A stretch of DNA of 64,000 nt from positions 78,430,001 through 78,494,000 of the forward strand of contig NC_083228.1 in NCBI RefSeq assembly GCF_032191835.1, given 5' to 3'. Below, piece after piece: positions 25,150 to 38,000 of this stretch. This stretch comes from Heteronotia binoei (lineage: Eukaryota). A model generated the notes under the pieces. That model did not search any database, had not been told where the DNA came from, and saw only the letters and a program-made list of their open reading frames with translations. Position 1 is the first letter of the stretch. Each line of letters opens with the position of its first letter. Made by a program: the position numbers and the translations under genes.

Positions 25150-25860
25150 GCTTACTTTCAAGCAAGGAGGCTCACGACTGGGTTGTCAGTGGGAGGGGAT
25201 CCCCTCTGTCCCGCTCCCTCCCTGGAAGGGAGGTAAATCACACGCACGGGACGCAGGACTTGCACCTCGGCCTCTTGCAACGTAAAGGGATTTTCAGGCC
25301 AGCGCTTGGCTGAACTATGTGACCCCGCCCCGTGAGGCCGGTCTTGTACATTCTCTCCGCCTTCAAGCCGGGGCTGTTGGGTCAGGGGTTCCAGAGTGCA
25401 ACGCTGGCAGCTGCAGCGCAAGGGTCAAGCACGCTATGCGAGCCCAACGGATCCTGCCTCTTCTCTCGCCTCGAAGCCTTTGCTGGCGCCCCGCCAGGCC
25501 ACAGACGAGGAGCGCTCCTAGGATGTTCGGCGCTGTTGCTGGTGGAGCGGCGCCCAGTCGGCGGCTGGACCTGCGGGGTATCTACCCGCCCCTGACCACC
25601 CCCTTCACCTCGCAAGGAGAGCTGGATTATAGCCGTTTAGAGGACAACATCCGCCTCTACGATAAGACCCCCTTCCGAGGTAGGATCGGCAGGCAGGGCT
25701 AGCTAGACACGTCGCGGGGTCTTTCCTGAGAGCAACAGGCAGTGAAGCCCTCCGCAGCCCCGGGAGCCTTTTGTTTCAGACTCATGGGCAGAGCCACAAC
25801 GAACTCATTTTTGCGCCGGCGGAGGGCAAGCATATAAAATTGCCCCCCCCCCCCCGTACT
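25150..25860 (+). promoter_or_regulatory. HOGA1 CpG island/promoter
   Basis: CpG-dense around exon 1; GC box CCCCGCCCC ~25323; DR3 element 25311-25325. Confidence 0.75.
25436..25679 (+). CDS. HOGA1: 4-hydroxy-2-oxoglutarate aldolase exon 1 (mitochondrial presequence + LDLRGIYPPLTTPF)
   Basis: Arg-rich N-terminus then GIYPPLTTPF...DYSRLEDN...PFRG|gtagg; DHDPS-family start. Confidence 0.93.
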
Positions 25861-26957
25861 TTCATAGTGCTCATTTCAGTTAAAAAGTAAAGACACAGAT
25901 AATAAGAGTAATAACACAACGTTTATTTTAGCCCTGCCCAGCTTTTTCCTGCGCTCCCCACCGCCAGCTTTGTGCCTGCCTCCCACTTGCCTTGTCCTTG
26001 CCACTCTGCTCATGTAGCTGCTACTCCTCGGGAATTAAAACGGGCATCCACTGGCATCTGGCACTGGCACTTTCCTGTGGCCGCCAGGGCCAAACTAGAC
26101 GTTAGGGCCAAGCTATTTTAGAATTGAACTCAACTATTTAATTTTAAAAAGCCCCGATGGCCCGATCCGGGATCGTCAGGTTTTGCCTACACAATGTACA
26201 CTTTTTCAAGCGCACTGTGCTTGTTAGGGGCTCGCTCTTGGAAGGCAGCCATTCCAGAGCACCGTTCGTTCCTCTTAGAAAACACCTTTAACCCTGACAA
26301 GTCACTCCGTGCCTTTCAAAGATACATGTCCCACAGAAATCCAATAGGCAAGTTGTTAGAGTTTTTGAATTTCTGCCTGTCCTGCAGGTGTGACAGGTGC
26401 AAGAATCCCTGTCTAGAACAGGTGGCAGTTCTTCCCTGCACACCATAAGGTATCATTGGAAGTATTTATCAGGCAAGGGGGGGACAAACACACCATCTAA
26501 TCTTCAGAGGCAGTGTTGCAGCTTCTACTACAGCAGTGGCTTTAAAGCTAGAAAAATGGAACTTTGTTGATTCTTGCAACTGAATCATTTCCAGCAAATA
26601 GAAAGCTGAATTAGCAACTATACTGTCTTCAAGGATACCCATGGCTGCCTGCCTGGACTTTGGGCCCATTTGCTGCTTTGCAGGAGATGTACAGTTAGCG
26701 GGAGGAATCTGTCTTCAGGATCTCCTCCCTGCCCCCAAATCATGCTCTTCTGCTGCTGCTGTCCCTTCCTAAAGTATCCTTGGCCACCCCTTCTCAACAG
26801 GGGAATAGCCACATGCCAGCAGCCAGAAGCACCACAGCTAAGCAGCAGATAAAGCTGTATTGCCTTCAGCTGCCCTCCTGGCACTGTACCCATTATGGTA
26901 ACTCAGTATCCCAACAGGGACTGCAACACGCACAAAAACAGCATCTATTTTTTGCAG

Positions 26958-27086
26958 GTTTTGTGGTGCAGGGTTCCACTGGAGAGGCTCCCTACTTAAC
27001 ACAGCAGGAACGTATGGAAGTGGTGAAAAGGCTGCGACAAGCTGTGCCCAAGGAAAAACTGCTGCTTGTTGGGTCTGGATGTGAAA
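26958..27086 (+). CDS. HOGA1: HOGA1 exon 2
   Basis: [10 protein letters not shown] (GxxGE pyruvate-binding motif)...GSGCE|gtgagc; 129 bp. Confidence 0.97.
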
Positions 27087-27321
27087 GTGAGCAGTGTGGA
27101 GGGTGGGCCAGGGATTATCCATCTCTAGTTGCACCATGCCCTGAAGGGAGTTTCTAGGGTTGGGAGCTAACCCTGTGTGAATCTTGTTCACATGGGACCT
27201 AATTCAACTTCTGGTGCATGGTTCCTAATCTGACAGGGCCCATCCTCTGCTCAATAGGGCCTACCCTTTCATGAGACCCTTGTAACTGATCTTGAATATA
27301 ACTTCCTTCCTCTTCCCCCAG

Positions 27322-27449
27322 CAACTCGGGGGACTATTGAGATGACAGCACAAGTGGCTGACAAAGGGGCTGATGCTGCTCTTCTGGTGACTCCATGCTA
27401 TTACAAGGGGAGCATGACCAGTGCTGCCTTGATCCATCATTACACAGAG
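27322..27449 (+). CDS. HOGA1: HOGA1 exon 3
   Basis: TRGTIEMT...[28 protein letters not shown]; 128 bp. Confidence 0.97.
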
Positions 27450-28697
27450 GTGAAGAATGGGACTCAATGCTGAGAGTGGGAATTGGGATTTGAGAGGAAG
27501 TGGCTAAGGGCACTGAGGAGACTGTTTATTGATAAGTCTATGGAGGCTAGCTATTTCTATAAGTATGTGTGTATGTCAAGCAAAGTAGAAAGGCTGCAAA
27601 AATACTTCTAATTTTTCTGAGATGCAATTTCTGTTTTGCAGCCTGAATTAATTGGGGTTTTATCAGAGGCTCTTGTGCTTGTTTAGTTTACCATATAGCT
27701 ATACCCAGCCAGAAAATGTGGGTTGAATAGAGAGCTGAATCCAGCGGACCAAGGAATGCAAAAGTAGGAGGGAGTGCATTTGATAACTATCTGCCTTGAG
27801 TTGTAGATGTGATCATGTTTTCTATTAATGCAGTTATGATTCTTTTACAGGGCTTGGCTTCATGCTGTATGTCTGCTTGCTTCTTCTTTGACATCCACAA
27901 CTATTAGCATAGGACAAACTGTAAATCAGAACGAATAAATTAATACATGCATTGCTTCCTACAAGTACTGTTCCTTCTCATTCTGAAAAGTGAGGCTGAT
28001 ATTTATTTAATTCATTTGTACCCCCAGCATTCTCCTCAATGGAGACCCAAAGCAGCTTACACTGTTCTCCATAAGTTTTCTAGCCTATGAGGAATCATTA
28101 ATAGGCAATTTAAAAACCCCAAAGTCAAAATACTCCTGTGGTATCTTCACACAGTACCCTAGGAGACAATGACAGCAATTCCTACTGTATTTTGTGTTTT
28201 GAAAAATTGACACTCTGACCCTGTCACCAGTAATCAGAACAAGAACCCCATGATAATTCTACCACTTACATCCAAACAAGACTACCACTGAGGTAGCTGA
28301 CCTAGCTGAACTGTATAAAAATTCTGTCTGTCAAACTGATCTCTTTCCTCTTCACTCAGCTTTCTTTGTGTGTCTTGTACTTTTAGTTTCTAATCCTGAG
28401 AGGCAGGAGCTGTCTCTGTGAATGTAAGCCACTAGGGTATAAATATAACAGATAAATATAATACAGTTCAAGAAAAATTTCACACTTCATTGCCCTGCAT
28501 TCTCTTGTAAAGAGAAACACATGAGATTCTTAAAGCAGACGATGTTGACCAATAAATGCATAATAACAAACAGTACCTGTATTTGTAGGATCTGCCATAT
28601 CAAGGGAATATCGTGGAAGAATGAGATTTTACTTTGCTAAGGGGGAAGACTTTGTAAATTCTTTTTGGTAGGGTTTTTCAGCAGAGTAGTTTATGGA

Positions 28698-28894
28698 CAT
28701 ATGAAGCTGCCTTATACTGAGTCAGACCCTTGGTCCATCAAAGTCAGCATTGTCTACTCAGACTGGCAGCGGCTCTCCAGCTGAGGTTTTTTACACCTAT
28801 TTGCCTGGACCCTTTTTTGGACATGCCAGGGATTGAACCTGGGACCTTCTGCTTACCAAGCAGATGCTCTACCACTGAGCCACCGTCCCTCCCC
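28698..28894 (-). mobile_element. tRNA-head SINE, young copy
   Basis: Minus strand GGTGGCTCAGTGGTAGAGCA (A box), GGTTCAATCCC (B box), body ending CAGCTTCATATG. Confidence 0.88.
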
Positions 28895-28991
28895 AAAGTT
28901 TGTTGGGAGCTTCTCATTTTATGTGTAAAGGGCATGGATTATTTCCTTCTAAAATTCATATGCTAGTACTGGATTGTTTTGTATCTCCCAG

Positions 28992-29126
28992 GTGGCTGAT
29001 GCATCTCCAATCCCTGTGATACTCTACAGTGTCCCAGCCAATACAGGCCTGGAGCTTTCCAGTGATGTGGTGCTCACCTTGGCACAGCACCCCAACATTG
29101 TGGGGATCAAGGATAGTGGTGGTAAT
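28992..29126 (+). CDS. HOGA1: HOGA1 exon 4 (catalytic Tyr and Schiff-base Lys)
   Basis: [19 protein letters not shown]...[13 protein letters not shown]; 135 bp. Confidence 0.97.
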
Positions 29127-29409
29127 GTGAGTTAAAGGTGGGGGACATATGCTGAGTTCATCTGATGCTGTATGCTGGGATGATGACGGGCATCCCGGTT
29201 TGAGGACCTGCCAGCATTTGATAGATGAAAACTGGAGCTCATGTTAAGTAAGCAAATGGTTTGCTGGAGAATTTGAGACCTGCTGATTTCTCCTTCACCT
29301 CAGGTGTTCAAATATTAACTTTGAAGTAATTATTTCAGGTCACCCAGAAGGGACATTTGAGGCATAGTCAGGTGACAGCTTCCCACCGTCAAGGTGTAGC
29401 ACTTGTAGC

Positions 29410-29620
29410 ACATAAGAAAAGCCATGTTGGATCAGGCCAATGGTCCATCCAGCCCAATACTCTGTGTCAGACAGTGGCCAAAATCCATGCTGATTCTTCC
29501 TCAATAGCTTTAGCTTATCAATGTGCCTACTAATTCTATCTTTAATAACAGATTCCACCAATTTACCCAGTATTGACGTTAGATTATGATATGGCACTTG
29601 GTGTGTTATCTCCCTTGAGT
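29410..29620 (-). mobile_element. CR1 LINE fragments (RT piece and 3' end)
   Basis: Minus-strand LTSILGKLVESVIKDRISRHI...NQHGF; CR1 3' end CATAAG..AGCCATGTTGGATCAGGCCAATGG. Confidence 0.75.
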
Positions 29621-30514
29621 CTTGTTGACTACAAATCTGTAGACTTTCCCTAGCCAGACTGTCAGCTGCAGCCTTTCCAGTGCCTCTACCCATTAAAAGC
29701 ATTGATTACACTTTTCCTTCCTTCTTACTGGAAGAGCATTCTGTTTATGTGTGGTTCCCAGATGATCTCTTATCTGGGAACTCACCAAGCTGAGCATGAC
29801 CAATGTGACATCATTGTGTGACTCTAGGCTACTCTCTGCTTAGAATTGTAGGCCATCCACCCCCCTTCTTCTTGCTTGGTAATATCTAATGCAGCCACTG
29901 TATTAGGTCAGTTAAGTGAAACAAAAAGAGTCAAAGGGCTAAACGGGACATGATGGCATCCTTGTGGCTACCATGAAGATGCCATCATTTTAAAGTAATC
30001 TTAAAATGATCCTGAATAGGCCTGCAGGACAGTTCTTATCCCCCCGTGCCTTTTCAAGTGCTGAAACAGAGGAGCAACCATCTGGGCACTTGATAAGGCA
30101 TCAGGGAGGAGGATGACAAGTAAGCCTCAGCCTGCCATGCTGTGGGCCCAATCAGGATGGTGGTGGTGGTGTCCTCATGGTGGCCGTGAGAATGCCATCA
30201 TATTTAGACCAGCCCAGGCCCAAAGACATCCCATCCTAGAGCTTGACTTTTTTTCAAGGATGGGGACCAGTATAATAGACGGGGGGTGGGGGGGGACATA
30301 GAAAAATTGAAAAAGCAAGCTCCATACAAAGAAGGGGGCACCAGGCAATAACATACCATTGTTTCTACCATATATTTCCAGTGATCACGCTTGCCCTAGC
30401 AGGTGTCTTTATAATTACTGTCCTGTCTAAGCTCCTGGCATACTCCTGAGGACTGGCATCCCAGTACTTGATCTCTCACTATCCCAGAAATCCCCCCCCC
30501 TCTTTTTTCTCCAG

Positions 30515-30611
30515 ATTACTCGCTTGGGGCTGCTTGTCCATAAGACTCTGCATGAAGATTTCCAGGTACTGGCAGGATCTGCTGGTTTTCTGCTGGCCAG
30601 TTACATTGTAG
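30515..30611 (+). CDS. HOGA1: HOGA1 exon 5
   Basis: [28 protein letters not shown]; 97 bp. Confidence 0.97.
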
Positions 30612-30868
30612 GTAGGTGACATGAGGAAATTCATCTTCATATGGGGCTGTCCTGCAGAATGCAGATGGATGTACCAGGAAGGACCAAACTAGGATATGTT
30701 GGGACTTTTGGAGGTGAGACAAAATTTCCTCCCCATAACATCTCTTCAATAGAGTAGCACTGGTTTGAAGGCAGCTGAGTGAGAATACTGGGACTTGTGA
30801 GGACAAGGCCTGGGTACAAAGATGTGTTTCCAGTGAACGGATGTCCTTTTTTATTGGGTCTGCTCCAG

Positions 30869-31002
30869 GTGTCGTTGGAGGAATCTGTGCCCTTGCCAAT
30901 GTGCTTGGTGCACCTATTTGTGAACTTGAGAGTCTCTGCCATACTGGAAGTTGGGACAAAGCCCGTGAATTGCAGCACCGACTCATTGAGCCAAACCTAG
31001 CA
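30869..31002 (+). CDS. HOGA1: HOGA1 exon 6
   Basis: [15 protein letters not shown]...[12 protein letters not shown]; 134 bp. Confidence 0.97.
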
Positions 31003-31048
31003 GTAAGAGCCAGAATACTGGGGGTGGAGGGGAGAGGGATGACTGAAG

Positions 31049-31234
31049 CAGGGCTGGATCTGATGGGGGGGAGGGAGAGGGGGGTGCTTGCCCCGGGCGC
31101 CGACAGGGGGGGGGCGCCAAATTGGGTATAGAGTCCATTGTATTCTATGGGACCATAAGATAGAATGGCCCAAAAGGGGGCACCATTTTTTTATTTTGCC
31201 CCCCCCCCTCAAAAAATATGTAGATCCCGTCCTG
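31049..31234. mobile_element. hAT-type MITE
   Basis: CAGGGCTGGATCT ... AGATCCCGTCCTG imperfect TIRs; TSD-like GACTGAAG/GATTGAAA. Confidence 0.55.
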
Positions 31235-32264
31235 GATTGAAACACCTATATTGCCAAACTACAGGAAGTTAAGGGTTTGCTTCTGTGGGCAGTGTTGTCC
31301 TTCAGAGACTGAAACAAGGCCAAGGGGCCCTGTCTTATCCTTCCATGTTCTTGGAGGAACATTTGCTGTGAACTAGGCATTCCATAAACCTATAACCAAA
31401 TCAGTGACATTACCAAGCAATTGCCTAGAGGTGGGTGGGTGATCTCTTGGTTCACCTTCAGTGGTTCTGCATTTTATCCCCTTTGATTTTTGAGACTCAG
31501 AAGATACTTCTGGGTGGGTTTGGCCATGAAATATTGAGAATCCTTTGTAAAATATCTGCTTTGTTCTTCATAGATTTTTTTCAGTTTTTGCACAAACATG
31601 ATTTGCAATCATGAACACTTTTTTTTGCCATTCTATTTCAACTCCATTTTAATAATTACAAAAAACCTCAAAAAAAAAAAAAAACAGGGCTTCTTCCTGA
31701 GCTATTCTACAACAAAGAAGGCATTGGCTCAGTGGAAAAACACATACTTTCTATGTATAAGGTCCCAGTTTCAAGTTCTGCCATCTATAATGAAAGGATA
31801 TAAAAAAAAATAAAGCACCCTCTACTGGGGCTCCTATAAGAGTTTCTGTCAGTGAGCAGCATGGTCAGATAGACATTGACCTGATCCAGAAATACAATTT
31901 CTTATATTATTGTTCTGGTAACAATAATCCCAGGCCATGTGTATTCCAGGAAAGTTCAATTCCTTGGTGGCATACTATTATCTTAAAATGTATGTTAGTG
32001 GAATATGATGTGCCACATTACTATCTAAAATTTAGCAAGGGCCTGAATGGAACTGCTGGATCCTAGCACCCACTATACTAATATGCTTGACATTTTTGAC
32101 CAATTTTCAAGATGGTTCATGGTTGAGTGACTGCTTCAGTTTCTTCCAAATCCTCTGAGCTTGGAATGGTATAGTACTTACATGAAAAGTGAATTCATGC
32201 ACATTACCTTTCAGTTGTTGGCCTTGCAGCAGTTTTTAGATCCTCACATTTTCTGTTCCTACAG

Positions 32265-32414
32265 GTGACCAGCAAATTTGGAATCCCAGGCCTCAAGCAG
32301 GCTATGGAATGGTTTGGTTACTATGGAGGACTCTGTCGCGCCCCCTTGCTCCCATTAAGCAAGACACAAGTGACAGAGTTGCACCAGGATTTCAGCTCTA
32401 ATGGTTGGTTGTGA
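32265..32414 (+). CDS. HOGA1: HOGA1 exon 7, terminal
   Basis: [27 protein letters not shown]...FSSNGWL*; total CDS 1017 nt = 338 aa. Confidence 0.97.
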   Translation: MTSKFGIPGLKQAMEWFGYYGGLCRAPLLPLSKTQVTELHQDFSSNGWL

Positions 32415-32573
32415 AGGGCCAAGCAATGACTGGAAGTCTGAGATGGTCTACATGGTTTTTGCTATTTCACCAGGCATCAACTTACGCACACTCCTTGCAA
32501 ATTAGTAAAATACAACTAATTCAACCTATGGTGTATACACTGGTGTGCTTGAAAGATCAAATGCTATACTAGC

Positions 32574-32579
32574 AATAAA
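32574..32579 (+). terminator. Probable HOGA1 polyadenylation signal
   Basis: AATAAA 160 nt after stop (a second at ~33011). Confidence 0.6.
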
Positions 32580-33673
32580 ACAGAGGAAGGAAGTTTCAAA
32601 TGCATGCTGCTTCTCATAGACTTTCCTCATATTGGCTTTATCCCTTGCCTCTTACAGTTTCTAAACAGGGGCAATAATCTCTTGCATATATACTATGGTG
32701 ACTATTCTTTGCTAGCTTTCCCCTAGCCCTGCCCAGAAAATGTTCTTCAGCAGTCAAGTTCCATTCAAGTTTCACTTTTATAGGGCTGTGCTTCCACATT
32801 CCTACTGGACCAAAAATGGTTTGATCTTTAAGGTTATGGTGCTGACTGAAGTCAAAGGACTGGCTGGTAACAGCACTCCTTAATCATAAAGCAGCTGAAT
32901 TTCATACCCAGTGCTGCTTTATGAAACTAAGCTTCTCTTGTCCCCAGCCCCCAATGAGACAGGCAGCCATTATGGTATTGGGAATGAGTCTTAAGAAAAT
33001 CTCTTTTCCAAATAAAAAATTATTTTGTGATCTACTCATTCCATTGATAGTGGTACCTTAGAAGAAGGGGAGGCATTGGTTAGATTACTGCGGAAAAGAG
33101 GTGTGCATTAAAGTAAAGCAGCAGAACATTGCCTGGAAAAGTTATTACTGCATTCATATAATTCCAGCATCCCTAAGTATGTTTATGGCAGGTGATCCAT
33201 GGCAGCAAGAAAACAGTACCTGACCATGCATCTTTCTGCCTTGATGCTATCTACCAAACTGAACCGATGTCCAATTGTCTATATTATCATCATCGCAAAA
33301 TACATTCAGATTTTTAGGATTAAAAAGACATCCTATGGGAAGTGCTTTTGAAATTCAATGTATTACATAAAGACTAAAAATTACTTAGAAAAATCAGGAA
33401 GTTTCCCTTTTCTAGAATCTAACACATGCCTTATAGGCAGGTTGGTACATCTCCCAAGGGGGCTGGGGGAGATAAACTTTAGTAGCCATAAAAGAACATA
33501 TGCATATTGAAAAATGGCTGCTCACAATTTTTACTGGCAGCAGCTTTGTATGCATGCAATCTTGTATGAGTTGTGCACTTGGACTGTACATTCACCTTCC
33601 CCTTACCGTTTCACAACCTCTTCCCAACACTTGCGGCACAACAAAGACATAGAGGCAAAAAATCCAGCAATTC

Positions 33674-33679
33674 TTTATT
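33674..33679 (-). terminator. Possible MORN4 polyadenylation signal
   Basis: First TTTATT found downstream of MORN4 stop (~2 kb 3' UTR). Confidence 0.4.
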
Positions 33680-34219
33680 TGGCCAAGGCCCGTACATGGG
33701 CAGAGACAGAAAGGCACGAGGGTGGCATTGACACGCAGACATTCAGTGTGGAGGTGGGCTGGTCACGCAGGCTCCAGCATGGCACTTAGGGACACACACC
33801 ATGCGGGTCAATGCTTGGCTAAGAACACCCTCAGTCTCAAGACAATCCCATGATTGATTCTAGTGCACACAAACATGAAGTGGCTGCACAGAAACAGAGT
33901 AGCTCTTCAAAGACCATTCAATCTCAACTCTCCCTTGTCCTCCACCATTCACTTTCAGTCTTTCTTGCTGTCCACCCACAACTGATTTTCCGTATTACCC
34001 CAGCCCTGCATTTCCATTCAGCCTATATTTTTAAAAAGAATCTTACCAGAAGACTTCCACAGCTTAGCTTGCACTTATGACTTAGGGATGGCCATCAATC
34101 TTCAAACTGTACATTATTGTAAGTTGTCCCACTACTGTAGGTTCCAATATTTGCTTCTCTCTCCCACCAAAATGCTTTTAAGGGGTGTGTGTGGGAGAGT
34201 GAGGAGCTGCATGAATATC

Positions 34220-34297
34220 AGTGCAATCCTAAGCAGTTACACCCAAGTCATAAAGTCAGTGGTCTTAGAAGGGTGTAATGTTGCTTAGGATTGCACT
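34220..34297. repeat. Small hairpin MITE-like repeat (AGTGCAATCCTAAGCA family)
   Basis: Arms AGTGCAATCCTAAGCA..TTACACCC / GGGTGTAA..TGCTTAGGATTGCACT; relative at 50998-51083. Confidence 0.7.
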
Positions 34298-35701
34298 ATA
34301 TATCTGGGAACAATAATCACATTAGACCCAGTGGGCAGAAGAGGGATGGTAACCACTTAGGCTGGGGATGTACAGGGCCACGTGCATGCCATGATTCCGT
34401 GACTGTGTTACAGAATTCAGTACTGGCCATCAAAGTCAGTATTTTGAGGATCTCAGCTCTGGTTATTTTTAAAGCAAAATTCTAGTTGTTCAAGCTGCAA
34501 AAATAGGCTAGAAAGCTAGTAGGCAATGTCTGATCAAACTTCTAGCAGTTAGGCTCCAATTTTCTACCAAGCTCATTGCCTCTTCCTATGACTACAAAAG
34601 CAGCAGTTATGCAAAATAAGCAGCTTTATGCATACTTATTATTTTGTATAATCAGTGCCATTTACTGCATACAGCATTCCTGGTCAGAATTTAATTTTTT
34701 TTCAAGTTTAGAATATACACAGTCCCTGCCTATGTGACACTACAGTGCATGGATGCCATGCAACAGTGCTGGAGGCAAAATTGATCCCTTCCTTCTAGGC
34801 CCCCTAGGTCAAGTATCCTACATAAGGAAAGACTGTTGTTAACCCAGGGAGCAAACCAAACACTCACAGTGAAAGGGCTCACATTAACAGGATAAAGAAG
34901 AAGCAGAAGAAACCTACAACAAATAATGGCAAAAGGCCCCAGATACATTGGGTAACAATATGGGCAGGCAGCGTAGCTCAGGCTTCATTCCCTGTACTGA
35001 TCTACAAGATTGGGGAAAAGGCACATTCAGAAGGTCTAGAATTCTACTCTACAGATCAATTTTTCATTTCTTTGTTTTTGACACAGATTGAGTCTCAGAG
35101 TGGGGGGGGGGGGGGAGAGGAGGAGAAAAAAATGTGAGACCCAGAGAACTTAGGAAGGGAATGAATGATGTGCTAAATGCAGATTCCAACTCTGACCACT
35201 GAAGACCAGCACAACTAAGTCACAACCTCCCAGCTGCACTGGTTTCAAAGTGAGGAAAGATGTAAACTAACCTTATGCATTCCCATAATGTACATTAACA
35301 AGTCACTCCTCCCTTACCAATTGGGGGGAGGGAGAAGGAAGAGGGTACGAATACAGCAACCTTCAATGTAGCCACCATGGCTGTGGGAATTTAGCACTAG
35401 CAGACCTTCTATAGAGAATACTCCCAACAAAGGGAGTGTAACTGCCTCAGGAATGGCAGATGCTTTGTCTGGAAGGGTTGTTCTGTAACTGAAGTTTGGC
35501 ACCAATGCACACTATGAGGGCCAGGATGTTTTAAAAGCAGTCTGGGCAGGCTGTCCAACTGAGCTGGGTTGGGGTCCTCTACCTTAAAGAGATGGTATTT
35601 GTCTCTGTAATTTCTACACTCCACATTCCTCCCAAACCCTGGGTCTTAGTCTGCAGTTTCATGGGAGAGTCCCAGGGTAGGGCTGCTTAGAGCTTGTCTC
35701 A

Positions 35702-36037
<336 letters not shown>

Positions 36038-36168
36038 TTATGAGTACATGGCACTTTGGAGGACAAGTCCTCACTAGCTGGCATCCCACACTGCAGTAAT
36101 TGTCATTAATCAAATTCAATCTTAGAATAGTATTGTGCTTGGATGCTCTCACAAGCAAGAAACTCTCA

Positions 36169-36324
<156 letters not shown>

Positions 36325-36689
36325 CTAGTCCTTGCACTCAACCTATGATCTAGTCAAAGATTGTAAGGCTTTTGAAAAAACATGGATGAGCACACTTTTC
36401 TGGACAGAAAAGAAAGGGTCAGGAGAGTCATCACTGGAGGGTCATTAATCAAGGCTGTACACTAGTCCAGGTAACTACAGAGTACTTATGGTAAGGAATG
36501 GTGCAGTAACTAACACAAAGAAGCTTTGCTTATGGTTCTGATCACATAGCGATGCATGCATACAAAAAGGGATTCATGCTGGGTGCAGCAATGCAGATAC
36601 ATTCTCCAAACTCAATTGTGTAGCCAAGGCAGCCAGAGTACAAAGATCCATTCATTTTCATCTTCCTGGGGCTGTTTAGGACATGCTTA

Positions 36690-36869
<180 letters not shown>

Positions 36870-37820
36870 TCAGAAAGAACAAGCAGTATTGCTTGTATAT
36901 GAATTGTCAAAACTGCAATGAAGCCTCAAACCAGGATCTGTAGTTGCATCATTAACTTCAAGGAGGATGCAAAACAGTTCCTGAGGAAGAGGGAGGTGGT
37001 AGAGTCCATGCCAGCAAATCCAGTTTGCAGACCAAGACTGTAGCAGAGGCCTGACTTTGCTTGTTCCAACCCACAACCTTTCCTTGACAAAAGCACACTG
37101 CTTAACATTATGTACAGAGAGACCCACAATTAAAGCCCACCACACTTTCTAAGGGGACTTGTAGACTTCTGGAGCAGGACTATATTGCTGACTTCATTAC
37201 ATCACAGCCAGTCAGCAAAGAATCTCAAATGTAACACTGCACGTCCCCAAAGAGCAGGCATTGCCTTCCAGAACAGTACAAAGGCAACAGCTGTCAGTGG
37301 GATAAGGGGGTCAGGAAGGGCGTTCTTAGCCTGATAGTTTCCTGATTGGAGCACCTGGGAACTTGTTAATCAATTGTCAGAAGGGGTACTATGGTGTCAA
37401 GTCAGCTTCAAAACTCTCTCTGCCTGGAAATACCTTCCTTTAAGAAAAACTGCAGGATTAATGGCAGCAAATCTTCCTTTTACCATGATGTTAACTCTAG
37501 GGCAGAGCTTCTGTCTAGCCTGGTTGTTAACTTTTATGGAGCAACATTTCTTGCACAGAGAGCAGCAGAACACAGTATGGTGGGTTGGGCATTGTGCCTA
37601 ACATACACAAGTCAAGATTGACAAAGACCTTGAAGCAGGGATGCTCTTGAAGCACTTTGAAAAAGCAGCATAAGCACTTTACTTGCTAACTTGGCATGAT
37701 ACTGGTATCCTGGGACACTCATTAGCTACAGTGATTGGTTAGCTACAGTGATTTTCTCATTCTATGCGCATTCCAGGAAGAGCAGATCTGGTCCACCATA
37801 AGAAGGCTGAGAGTCCCTCA

Positions 37821-38000
<180 letters not shown>

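Noticed and set aside
25680-26957. C10orf62-like nested gene in HOGA1 intron 1
   Set aside because: Intron is only 1.28 kb and has no ORF resembling the mammalian protein.
26973-26987. HOGA1 GSTGE rather than human GSNGE
   Set aside because: Thr at this position is common in the DHDPS/NAL family and, as I recall, in mouse HOGA1; not unusual.
28820-28894. tRNA gene
   Set aside because: Anticodon loop only 5 nt, no proper acceptor stem, continues into a SINE body with several copies in the window.
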